From contig OX442314.1 in assembly GCA_949358305.1 (NCBI GenBank), positions 15,252,001 through 15,316,000 on the forward strand: a DNA stretch of 64,000 nt, written 5' to 3'. The first letter of the stretch is position 1, and every line of letters begins with the position of its first letter. Below, in pieces: positions 1 through 11,899 of this stretch. The position numbers were made by a program, and so were the translations under genes. A model generated the notes under the pieces. It saw only the letters and a list, made by a program, of their open reading frames with translations, did not search any database and had not been told where the DNA came from. Origin of the DNA: Strigamia acuminata. Its lineage: Eukaryota.

Positions 1-232
1 ACTGGATGAGTTGTTATTACATCAAATTCCGGAGATTCCCAAATTCGTAATCTTCCGTCAGAGCCACATGTGACAACATGTCTGAAAGAATAAAAGGAGT
101 TAACAAGTTTGGTTTCAATTTATTAAAAAAAAAACCGCCTTACTCTCCATCAGGATGGTAAGCTAATGACGTGAGGCCTTCAATGTGAGCTGATCTATCA
201 ATATCTCGTTCCAACTCCTTAAATTTCGCCAT
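1..232 (-). CDS. WDHD1: WD repeat and HMG-box DNA-binding protein 1 (AND-1/Ctf4), 5' end only
   Basis: Not in the ORF track. Exon 232-144, GT-AG intron, exon 81-1 translate to MAKFKELERDIDRSAHIEGLTSLAYHPDGEHVVTCGSDGRLRIWESPEF, matching the Ctf4/AND-1 N-terminal WD40 signature (H.EG.T...VTCGSDG..RIWE). Gene runs off the left edge. Confidence 0.88.
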
Positions 233-299
233 AATTATTCTGCACAAAGTTTTCCAACAACTCGGTATTTGCACCACAGATGCTTCCACCAGCAGGAAA

Positions 300-705
300 A
301 TAATAACACCACACTGCAGACGACTAAATTCCCGCTAAAACATTTCAGCCAATCACGACGCGTCACAACGTGAACGAAAATGCGAACCAATTCTTAATAA
401 TTTGTAATTTTTTTAAAAAATAAATGAAATTAATATTATTTCATTTTTATAATTACTCGTTGAAATATTTGTAAAACTTTTAATGCCATAAACAATTTAA
501 TTGATTCTACGTATATTTGACCAATCGCACATCTAAATTAACATAACATGAAGCCAACGATGCGCGCGCATCACCCAGCTTTCTGTCTTCGTCATGAGTT
601 GATGAATGGGAGACCGCTGCGATTAAGTGAGGGAGTTCTTCCTAACTGCGTCATTTGACGACAGTTTCACGAAGGTGTGAGCAACATTACACTCGATGAT
701 CAGGT
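300..705. promoter_or_regulatory. Bidirectional promoter region WDHD1/SOCS plus non-coding first SOCS exon
   Basis: Divergent ATGs at 232 and 972. CCAAT at 349, 387 and 521; E2F-like TTCCCGC 329-335; ACGCGT 358-363; + strand donor CAG|GTAAAA at 704. Confidence 0.6.
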
Positions 706-971
706 AAAACATTAATCATATCGATTTAGGGATATTTTCCCCAACATATGTTTTTAATTGCCTCAGTTGAGTCGAGTTCCTTAAGTGTAATTTAAAGTGA
801 ACATGGCTGTCCGCTAAATGGGTTGTGACCTCGTTAAAGTTCTTCACTCCTTTACTTTAAAACCTTACAGTTTCTTGATCCTTGTTTTGTTCCCTTTCTG
901 TCGTTTTACACGTCTAGTTTCATCATGCTAGTGGATTAAAGCGGCCATTCATTTCAAATCGAACATTTTCC

Positions 972-2252
972 ATGGCCGAGTCGAACAAACCGACAGAAAA
1001 CGAGAAGGAGAACGCGACCAATCCCAAACAGACGACGAAAACTCAAGAACAGGGAATAACCGACGAACATCCAACAGTCGAGCACGACGCGAGATGTTGC
1101 CGCGCGGCGGATGTGGGCAGCGACAGACGCAAGTTCCGTTCGCTGACATTCTGTCGGAGATATAAATCGAAATCGAAGGAAAGTGCCAAGAAAAGAAAGG
1201 GACCATGGTGTTTCAAACTGAACTGTTGTCGCGTACGAAAAAACCTGGAGGCCGCCGAGATACCGGAAGCGAACGTGAACTGCGAGGCGTGCGTTTGTAC
1301 CGGTTACCGTCGCACCGACGAGCACCACCTTGGCGCTGGAGTTGTGTTCGAATCGACGCCTCCGAATGAAAGGCGCATTGTCGATTACCCGCGATTCACG
1401 CGCTCCGCGTCGTCCGACGACGGGAAATCGATGGTGCAGGTCGTAGACGTTAACCAGCTTTCGCCCAAGGATTTTTCGGCCGAGGATTGCGACGAACGAG
1501 CGCGAGCGGAGCGGGCGAGGGAGATCGAAGAAGGAATCGAACCACCACCCGGTTATTTGCTTTCTTCGCGCGAGATGTTCGGCGCCAGTAATCCCCAGTT
1601 GTCGTACCTGTCGTCGGTGTTTCATTCGCGACTTTCTCTGAATTTTCTTCCACGAGCGTCTTTGCCGCCGATCAAATTGGTGGACACACTTCAGCAGCAA
1701 GCGGAGACGCCTTTTCTGCAGAGAGTCGTGCACACGCAAGTCGATTACATTCATTGTCTAGTGCCAGATCTATTAGCCATTGCAAATTGCCAGTTTTATT
1801 GGGGGAAGATGGATCGTTACGAAGCCGAAAAACTACTGGAAAATCGACCTGAAGGGACATTTTTACTACGGGATTCTGCCCAAGAAGAGTATCTTTTCAG
1901 TGTGTCGTTTCGTCGTTACGAACGTTCGTTGCACGCTCGAATCGAGCAATGGAATCATCGTTTCAGCTTCGATTCCCACGATCCGGCCGTGTATTCGTCG
2001 GAAACTGTGTGCGGACTTATCGAGCATTACAAAGATCCGAACAGTTGCATGTTTTTTGAACCCATGTTGACTACGCCTCTGAATCGCACCAAGACGTTTT
2101 CCTTGCAACATTTATGCCGAGCTGCTATCTGCAATAATGTGACCTACGATGGGATTAATAAAGTACATCTTCCCAAATCACTTAAAACTTATTTGAAGGA
2201 ATATCACTACAAACAACGTGTTCGTGTCAGACGCTTTGATTTGGAACAATGA
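972..2252 (+). CDS. SOCS5: Suppressor of cytokine signalling, SOCS4/5 (Socs36E) class
   Basis: 426-aa single coding exon with VHTQVDYIHCLVPDL, SH2 (FYWGKMDRYEAE...GTFLLRDSAQEEYLFSVSFRR) and SOCS box (FSLQHLCRAAI...LPKSLKTYLKEYHYKQRVRVR). Confidence 0.95.
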   Translation: MAESNKPTENEKENATNPKQTTKTQEQGITDEHPTVEHDARCCRAADVGSDRRKFRSLTFCRRYKSKSKESAKKRKGPWCFKLNCCRVRKNLEAAEIPEANVNCEACVCTGYRRTDEHHLGAGVVFESTPPNERRIVDYPRFTRSASSDDGKSMVQVVDVNQLSPKDFSAEDCDERARAERAREIEEGIEPPPGYLLSSREMFGASNPQLSYLSSVFHSRLSLNFLPRASLPPIKLVDTLQQQAETPFLQRVVHTQVDYIHCLVPDLLAIANCQFYWGKMDRYEAEKLLENRPEGTFLLRDSAQEEYLFSVSFRRYERSLHARIEQWNHRFSFDSHDPAVYSSETVCGLIEHYKDPNSCMFFEPMLTTPLNRTKTFSLQHLCRAAICNNVTYDGINKVHLPKSLKTYLKEYHYKQRVRVRRFDLEQ

Positions 2253-2414
2253 TTCAGTGAATGATTGAATGAAATGTGATTACTGTGAAGCAATCAGTGT
2301 GATAATAGTGACTCAAGAAATTTAAAAAAAAAAAGTAAATTAAATTAAATTAAAAAAAAGAAACCGATATGGAGATCTGGAAAATGTCGAAAAATGAGGA
2401 GATAGTGAAATGTG

Positions 2415-2502
2415 ACCACACCTTTACATATTTTTAGACAGAAACAATTGAATTATTTCAATCGATGTTCCCATTCATGATGAATTGATGTAAAGGTGTG
2501 GT
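2415..2502 (+). repeat. 15-bp perfect inverted repeat in SOCS 3' UTR
   Basis: ACCACACCTTTACAT 2415-2429 and ATGTAAAGGTGTGGT 2488-2502, 58-nt spacer. Confidence 0.9.
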
Positions 2503-4463
2503 ATAGAAGAAAAAAATTAAAAAAAATGAAGGTGTGGCATTTCCCTCATTTGTTACTCATTTCAATATCATTTATTTTGTTAAAAGTTTCTCATATTAAT
2601 TTCCATGAAATATCAGCTTAAAGTTTTATAATAGTGGAAGGTAAGTTGAGGTTTGAACCACTTTGTATTCAATGAGAAGCTTCCTCCCATAATGTATCAC
2701 GTTGTAGTATATCCTGTGACTTCTTTGTATTGGATACAGGATGCCTTTTCCGATTGACTGCTATCGTTTGTACTCATTGGTAGATTCTCAGGGAATGAAA
2801 TTACTCAAAAAGTATTGTAAGATTGGAAAATGGAATAATTTTGTTTAATTTTCTTCACCATTTATCGTATGTACACATTATTTCCAAAAGCTGATATTTC
2901 ATCATTTTTTTTTTTTTGAAAATTTTTTATTTTATGGCTTTCGTTAATTGGTTGTATGAAAAATATTAATCTAGTTGGTATGATTAACAAATTTGTATTT
3001 AAAAAAAAAATATTAGTTTTGTGACGAAATGTAATTTGTAAAGTTTATCGATGAACAAAGTGGATTAACGTTAAAACAACTGCGTGTGTGTTTTCATTTT
3101 CTTTCAACCTTCACTTTTATCTTTTTATTATTATAAAATTTGAGAAAATTTCACACAATTTCACGTTGATATAGCAAAAAAAAATAAATAAAAATAAGTA
3201 CTTCATTTTACCTTGCCTTGGGCTCGAAAGGATTTTTTCCTGCTGCCACAAAAAGGATTTTGACCTCAAAGGTGACACAACTTGTGTATTCGCATTTTAC
3301 TTTAAATTACTTCCTTGTTCAGGACTCCCAAAACCAGAAAATAAATAGAAGGGTGAAAACTAGTTGACCTAACTTCACCCACAACTTAAATGAAAAAAAT
3401 ATATATATATAAAACTCTTTTCTTCCTGCTTTTGTTCATCTTTTACGATTTCAATTTCAATTTAAAACGGTTTATTATATCTCTGATTTTTATAAGTAAA
3501 CAAACTGCCCAACCTCGGTGACTTGCAATGTATAATGATAACAAATCTACTCGGCGGAAATGATTGAGATATCTCTTAAATGTTGTTGCGCCGTTTATTT
3601 TGAAACTTGTCCCGAGCAAACTCAATTCCAGCGTATCAAATGATAATACTTGACTTTTCGTTACTGAAGAAATCAAATCCTCGTTTCGTCTATGACCAAC
3701 ATAAAAGGCATTTAAGGGTGGCTCGCTCGAGCGGGGTTGGGCAAGTTTGAAGTTGCCCAGAAATTACTCTCGAGACCCCTCTTGTCAGATGACAGGAAAT
3801 GGAAAGGTTAGAGCCCATTGAGGAGCGGTCTCTCTTTTCTTAGAATTTTTTGGGAAGCGAAACATGAGAAAACGTGGAGAAAGAAGGGGATTGGTCTGCG
3901 CTCTACAAACCTGCCGACAATTTCCTGCCACAAGTTTTCAATTATAATTTATATCGGGTGAAATTGGAATTTGATTTTCTTCCAAGCAATTACTCCGCAG
4001 CTTGAGAGATTGTTTTGTTTTAATTGTGGAAAAGTGCTCACAGCTCTTTCCCATTTCATGACCTCTCACTATTGTGCAGCGCGAAAAATACTTATATATT
4101 TTTTTTCCGAAATAATTTCGTGCCTCTGGTGCAATGAAGTTTTTATTTTTTTTCTTTATTTTTTTTTGTATTTCATAATTAAGTCAACCCGTTCGTGTCT
4201 TGAGAAAGCAATTAAAAAGCTGACTGGTTGCAACGAATAAATAATTGGTTAAATAATTTAAATTAAAACAAAGAGCTGTTTTTTTTTTTTGTTTCTTTTT
4301 TTTTTCTAAGAAATAAAAACCAAAAAAAGACGCTTTACTCACAAATTATAATTTAATAAAAAATCAAATGAGATAAAAGTTGTACAAAACTCAGGTTGGA
4401 CTTGAAGTTTGCCTCGACAGAAAATCGTATAAAATCATCGAAAAAGTTGGTAGAAAAAAGCAA

Positions 4464-7400
4464 TTATTGACGACTCCTGGTCTCTCTCGGCGGGACTTCT
4501 CCTTCGGACAAATCAATACTATGCGACAAACTTCTATCAATCACCTTTTTCGATTTATCACCATGTTTCACATTAAAATCGGCTTCAGTACATTCGCCTT
4601 CGCTGTCGGAGTAGTGCGCACCTTTAACCATCCGTTTGTGAACCCTAGACAAAGCCTCATTACTTTCTTCGTCGATAGTCCCCAGAGATCCAATCACGAT
4701 ACTACTGTCCTTAAACATGTCTCGACCGATGTCTATCACGCTGTTTTTCGATATCACCGGATGTAAGCCCTGTATATGTCCTTGGAAATCTTCGGGCAAC
4801 ATCGCGGGTGAAGGGTGGTGGCTTCTTTTGACGAAGAACTCGCAATTGGGCGATTGGATCAGCGTCGGGATGCTGCTTGCCGATGACGTCGCGCCTAATT
4901 GCGACGTTAATGAAGGGACCCGGTTAATATCTTGCTGCAGTTTCGAGTGGCTCATCTTTAAAGAGCTTTTATGCGCTTTTACTTTCGGTATTGTCCCGAG
5001 ATTAATCTCTTGCGGGTCGAACGGAAACGATATAATCGGCGCGGTTGAAGTTGTCGGAATTCCACACATTTCGCCTTTTATTTTTAACGTTTGATCGTCC
5101 AAAGTCGACGGTTTTATATCATCGACCAAATTCATTGGGAAATCTGTTTCAGTTTGCGACGAGCGTGAAGTGTTACGGGAGGCGATGATCGTCGTCAGTC
5201 GCTGTATCGATTTGCTGTCCTCCCATTTTCTGTGCGCATTCAGTCCCGGCACCGAAATGGCCTTGTTAATCATGGCGTTTACTAAACTGCGTCCCCAGCT
5301 CTGGAGATGATCCGGATTAATCGCACGGTTTGGGCTGAGTGGAAACGACGCATGAATCTCGCCCTCTGTCACTAGTCTTTCCCAGCACTGTCGGCGAAGT
5401 ACGGGATCCAAAGATTGAGTCACGGGTAGAACGAGCCCCGGTTCGGCAGGTAGAAAGACGTTTTGCAAAGCGTTTAAAAGAACCTCTTCTTCATTCAGCA
5501 TTGTAGTTGTGTTTTCGACGATGATGTGTTGTACTGGAACACGGCTCGGTGGACTTTCTTCGTTTAATGAATCCGAAGCAGTCTGCACACTACACGTAGA
5601 AAATCTGCGATCCAATTCGTGTCTATCTTCATCTTCTTCTTGAGGTTCGACTGCAGGCAAGATAAAAACTCCACTCGCTCGAACCGGAAGCTCGCCTGGA
5701 CTTTCGGGCCGATTGAAAACAGTCGACGGTTGAGTCGAGGACCCAGCTTCCATAATATTAATATTTGAAGCTAAAATTGGTATCCATTAGAAATGTTTTT
5801 ACTATATTAAAAAATAAAACCTTTACCACTGAATTGCGATGCTACGTCCACTTGAAAACCGGATGCGATGGCGGCAGCCATAAGATTTGATCTCCAAGCC
5901 GAAAACTGGGGCATTAAAATTTCCCCCTCGCTTATGGGGTCCTTTAATCAATTGAAAATTAAATATTAACCCAAAATTGAGTTTGTTTTAATTGTGTACC
6001 TGCTCCAAGTCTTCGACATTGTGCAAGGAATTATCTAATCCTACCGCATTGTTCCAACATGACAGTTGATCTTGATTTAAAAAAAATTGTGCATTAATTA
6101 CGTTTTGTTCAATAGAAAGTAACATTAAACGTTGAATTTTTACTCGAGTATCTGAGAAAAGGCGTTATTGTCTGCCATGGCTTCAAATTAATCCATTCGC
6201 CCTCGGAAAGAGATGAAGGCATAGATGTAGAAGTGGTTGCATCTGGAGACGAAGGTGTCGAGGTTGCAATTTCTGCCACTGTAATTGATTTCTCTGGTGG
6301 AAAGATCGTAGATGGAGCGGGAAGAGGTGGTATTTCAGGGAGACTAGGAGACACTTCTTGCTCTTGTTCCTCTGGATCTCTATTACAATAAATTAAACCG
6401 TAATAAAAGCTATCAATAATTTATTTTCAAGTTTACGTTTGAGTCATTCCATCAACAAATATCTGTGCCTCTTCTGGAACTCTGTGAAGGGAAAACGGCG
6501 CTAGAGGTAAATTAGGTGCGACGGGCGTCTGCAGTTCGGAAATTTGATCCAATTCAGTGCGCTCCGAATGAGGTGGACTCGGGCTCGGAGTTGGTACTTG
6601 ATCCGTGTATGCAGCAAAGGGAGGCTGAGATGAATCAACGTCTTCATAATTTCTTCCACCCCCTTAAAAGCGATAAAATAAATGGAATTTAAAAAATAAA
6701 TAAACCACTTTTGGTATAAATTAATAAAGTAACCTGTGAGTCTTTCTTTCTCGTCGTTCTCGGTAGCTGAAGGCGAAGGAGTTGAAACAAATTCGTGCGC
6801 ATCCTCTTCAGATTTCTCAAACGATTCGGAATAAGACAGAGTTGGAGATGCTGGTGGTGTTGGCTGTGGTGTCTAAGCGTAAATTGAGAACAATTAAACA
6901 AACCAAATTGCCATAAACACAACAACTCGTTTCTATACCTCAAGTGTTATTTGCTCATTAACAGTGTTTTCAGACGTTTGTAAATGAACATCTGCGTTAT
7001 CACTGTTCTCGTTCCCTCTACTCGTTTGTTTCAGCAGTTCAATCGTTTTTTCTTTAAGAATTTCTTCCACTAAACTTTGTAGTAATTGATTATCCAACGG
7101 CATTTCACGACCCTCAGCTGAATTTCCATCACCGGCAATCCTTCTTTCACTAAGTTTATCATTTTGTGACAATCTTAATGAAAGCGTCTTAGCAACTAAT
7201 TCTTTCTCCACCCTGAAATAAATAAAATAGATAAATACATAACAATTATAATGTTAAAAAAAAGTGATTGTAAAGCATTACCATTCCTGCACAGTTTTCA
7301 ATACAAGCTCATTACTGCTTTGCCAACGAAATCTTAAATTTGCAGCTCCAGTGCCACCACTCAAACACGATGGTGTTTTGCGTTTGGTGTTTTTATGACG

Positions 7401-10400
7401 CTTGTGTGTCTGACTTTGGTGCTGAGATTCAATTAACGGTGGGCTAAATCCTGGAAAAATTAGCATATCACCTATTTCAGCCTTCTCTGATTCTATTAAT
7501 TCATCCGATTCAGGCTCAGTCTTTTCTAGTTTGTCCGCTTCCGAATGAACCATCTAAAATCAATCACAAAACATAACGCTAAATTCGACTAATTCACACT
7601 ACATTAAAGAGAATTTTACTAACAGAGCTAGTATTAATTGATAAATCCTCTTCGATATCTTCTATTGATTTCTTTGATTTATTAATACTCGAGATTGATG
7701 ACATCTGCAACGAATATCGAAAATTATTTCTTTGTATTTAAACTCTCAGTTCCTATATTTCTATTTACCTGTGACATACTAAGTTCTTCGTTCGCGTTGC
7801 TTTCCTCAGTTCGATCTAATTCACCGTGGTCCAAACCTTCTGGTGTCGAATGATGATGCTCTTTGAATATCTTACTACCGTCACTCAATGACTCCGCATC
7901 ATCAAAGTTGGAAGACTCGGGTGTGTTATTGAGCGTAGCCTTCTTTTGCAAGTCATCCAGATTATTTAAAATAAATTCAGCATCTCCACCGCCAGTATGA
8001 ATTATTTGTTTTCGCTCCTCGTTTAAAGGTTTACCAAATTCATTACCCGGTTGATCACCTGCTGCTCCAGAATCACCTCCAAACCCTTCGAACTTCTGAC
8101 TAGTAACATTTGCTCGTTCTATTTGATGATTACGTGCAATTTTGCTCAAAAAAGGATTTTTCTTAGCACAAATTGTGACTGTATTTGTTGGAATATCTTC
8201 GATTACATTGTTTTCATCCTTTGCCTTAAGATTAATCACATGTGCTGGCCTTGTTTGATGATTATGTAGAATTTTGCTCAAAAATGGATTTTTCTCAGCA
8301 TCAATTACGACAGAGTTTGCTGAAACATCTTCGATTAAATTATTCTCATCGTCCGTTTGAGGTGTTAACTCCTTAATTTTTGTTCCTACTACTTGTAAAT
8401 CAACTAAATCGTTCAAATCGTCCACCAACTCTTTCTGTGGACTAACATCACTCCATTTTGGAATTGGAATTGGTCGAGGAGTAGCTTGGAAACGAACTTG
8501 TTTTTTAACAGCAGTGTTTTTAAAAGATAAATCAATTTGATTGTTTTCCACACTGTTTGCTTCCGGACCAATACACACACCTATTTTTGTTTTATCTATT
8601 TCAGTCTTCAGTTGACTAGCTCGAACATTTGGTGCACTTTTCACTACTCTGCCAACAAGATGAATTTGTGTGTTTACTTTCTTAGCATTTTCATTCTGAA
8701 TGACTGTTCCGATGTCACTCTTCTTGTATTGGACTTTCATCAACTTTGCTTGTAAAATATTATCGTCTCTATTCGATTTCTTATTCTGAATTGTCTTTTT
8801 GGATGATTCCAAGCGAGTCACATTACGCTCAGGTACAACAGCCGACTGAACTTGTTTGATTGAATTATTTTTTGGAGGTGATTTTGGTGGCCATGGAGTA
8901 AGTTTTGCCGGTAGAGGATTTCGCAAATGTGGATATGGATTCAAGTCGGTAACTCGTTTGCCAAGTTTGAGTAGATTTCCATAAACAAAACCATGCGATG
9001 CTTCATCCCAAAGTGAAGGAACCTTGACAAATGCCGTATCTGCTTCTTCGACCTTCTGTAAAAAGATAAGTGTCACTACAGACTGTTCTACGTTCGGAAT
9101 TTCAAAAGTACTCAACAGCTTTTCCAGACTTCGTTTTGTTTGTTGATGCTTGTTGTGTCGATCTTCCCGATTTTAAATAATTGAAAACCTTTTTGGATGT
9201 GACAGTCGCCTGGAAACACAAACATAAATTCCGCGACGCTAAATTTTTATTTTCAATTTACTTTATTCTCCTTTGGCATTGGCTTCTCCTTTTTAAACAA
9301 ATTCTTTCTACACGATCTCGAAACTGGTTCTTTACTTTTCATTATATTTTCTCTCAGCAAATTGCTCTCAAAAACGTTTTTCTTTTTGTCATTTTCGAGC
9401 TGCTTTTGCACCGCATTCTGAAATGTTAATCACAAAATATCAGAAAATATTTACATAATTCACAACGCCTAAGTGAAATAATAAAATATTCAGGAAGCAA
9501 AGATTTAACGATGCTTGTCAACGACATCACTGTTCGAGAGCATCAAAATTTGATGCATTTTACGATATATCAAACTTTTTCCAACCAAACTGGCATGTTC
9601 ACAAGAAAAAACATCCCTTTTTAACTTTCACCGACCCAATGTTAATTCTAAACATGCCCAATGAATGTCACACAATTTAAATTACTTCACCATTTGTAAA
9701 TAACTTACTTTAACCTCGCATTCTAAGGACGAGATGCAATCATCTACGAGTTTTTTAATTTCTAACTTCAAAGCAACGTTGCTAAAACATAAAATCATAT
9801 AAATTTTACAAAACATCTACACCGGTCCTATAATTTCCTCTCGTACCCAGGATCAACTTTAAAAGTGTCTAAAATGCTGTTTAATTCTTGATTCCGTCTA
9901 CTGCTTTTAGCCCAATCCAAATTATCTGTTAATGTCCCCATTCGTTTCTGAACATCTTCCAACACATCGTTAGACGAAGTGGTGGGAACTGACACTCGCG
10001 ATGCCGACTTCGTAAATATTTCTTCAGTTGTTTTATACACGCTTGGCTAAAAATAAAATTAACGATCAATATTTATCTCCTTAAATACAACAGATTCTTA
10101 CAAAATACTGCTTCAAAATCCTATCGTCAGGAGGAGATCTCGAAAACAAGTCAGCATATCCCATGGATACATCCTCCTCTTCCTGCAATAAACACTTTCA
10201 AGTTAAAAATAAAAATAAAAATCCAAACACCAACAACACTACCTTGTTACTGCTCTTGACATCCAAATTATAATCGCGCTGCAATTTTTGCAACTCGTCT
10301 TCTAAATCCGTAATTAAATCTTCAACTTTCTCGTCTTTGATATATTCATCAACATCACGATCATACTTATCAATATCTATTAATCCAAATAAAAAATATA

Positions 10401-10938
10401 ATTCCTATTCATTACAATTTGCTAAATCGATTTTAACCTGTAATGGCAGATACGTTTCCCGGAGACTCGTAATCAACACCAAAACTCAGAGGAAAACTTT
10501 TCTCACGTAGTGGAGTTTCGTTTATCGGACTCTTCACAACATCAAAAATAGCGTGTGGATACGTTGATTTGGCTGGTGATCTGATTGGATCTCTATGCGA
10601 ATTTAATTTAATTTTCTACATTTAATAAAAAAAAAAAAAAGTTATATTTTATAGCGGTAAACATTTCCAATTATATTTACTTGAAACTTGATGGGTTTCT
10701 TTTCTGCTATTTCAGCCATTTCAGCAGTCCTTCCAATCACATCTTTCTTCTTCTTATTCGATTGGGTCTTCAGCCATTCGCGCGTTTGTTTAGTAGTCAA
10801 TAACGTTTGTTGTTGCTCCGGGAAATCGTCAATAGGTTTTGTTGCACTTGCAGGCCGAAGAGAAGCAGCAAACGTCGGTATTCGCCTTTGTTTATTTCTA
10901 CTTGGAATCGACTTTGCTCGCTCATTGAATACTTTCAT
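4464..10938 (-). CDS. KIAA0586: TALPID3 / KIAA0586 centriolar ciliogenesis protein, multi-exon
   Basis: I traced the 5' exons in frame from ATG 10938 through the 9116-9056 intron; the 3' exons are assigned by motif. Family motifs occur in order: coiled coil VLEDVQKRMGTLTDNL...LKLEIKKLVDDCISSLECEVK; WDEASHGFVYGN...PYPHLRNPLP; QEW|VEKELVAKTL; MPLDNQLLQSLVEEIL; TPQPTPPASP; several SEGE-type motifs. Confidence 0.8.
8121..8352 (-). repeat. In-frame 132-bp (44-aa) tandem duplication in the largest TALPID3 exon
   Basis: DENNLIEDVSANSVVIDAEKNPFLSKILHNHQ and DENNVIEDIPTNTVTICAKKNPFLSKIARNHQ; nucleotide copies offset by 132 bp (e.g. 8128 vs 8260). Confidence 0.9.
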
Positions 10939-10991
10939 TCTGTAACTAAACAAAAAAGAGACAAAAATCAATATTTTCGTAACATGCAACA

Positions 10992-11022
<31 letters not shown>

Positions 11023-11554
11023 ATAAAAAATAAAAAAAAATAAAAAATAAAAAATGAAAATGCAAATTGTTAATTTATTTTGTGCTCAATTTCCCATCAA
11101 CAATTCGACCTAAACAAAGAAAACGAAACTTGTTCAAATACCATAAAACCTTTGAAGAAATAAGGACAAAGCGACTGTATTAGAAATTTATCGTCACTTA
11201 TGTTTCTGTTTCTACACAATTTCACCCTTTTATGACCAACCACAATTCCCACTTTCCAGAGCATGAAAAAAGCAATAAATTTGTCAACGTTTCCCGCTCT
11301 TCGAAACAAACAATTTCACCACAAAACTGATAACAACACATCCTTTAATACTAAATAAAGAAATTATTACCCCCGCAAACAAACTCCAGAATTTAATCTC
11401 AAAACTTCACCCCCTCCCTCACCCTTTAATCCAATTCCTCTCACAACTTGAATCCACTTCATTTCACAGTCTATTTGCCCTCCCACCCCCAACCCTCCTC
11501 CCGATTAAACCAAAAACCGGAGCAAATCCTTTCCAATTCACAACTAAGGCAACT

Positions 11555-11802
11555 GTCGCGTTGCTATGACAACTCGCGACTATAATAGCTAATACGCGCA
11601 CCTGTAACACAAAATCGAAACTAGAAAACCGAGACCCATTTTTTCCCCACTTAATTTTATGCCACTCCGTTTACATTTACTCAGTCAACAAATAATAATA
11701 GCAAAAGCAGCAACTTTAAAAATCATTAAATAAAATAAAAAAAAAACGTTTTCATTCAGGTATAAACCACATTAAACAAAGGTAAGGTTGTTGCTAGGCA
11801 AC
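11555..11802. promoter_or_regulatory. Two RFX X-boxes upstream of TALPID3
   Basis: GTTGCTATGACAAC 11560-11573, nested in GTCGCG...CGCGAC 11555-11580, and GTTGCTAGGCAAC 11790-11802. Confidence 0.7.
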
Positions 11803-11899
11803 GTCATGTACTGAGCTTCAGCCGTCTCCTTCTCAATCTGCTGCAGCTCTTAACCTTTTTTTTTTTTATCTGCTTCACTTCGCTCCTCTTTATAAAAAT

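Noticed and set aside
954..1754. 266-aa minus-strand ORF
   Set aside because: Antisense shadow of the GC-rich SOCS coding exon; no domain.
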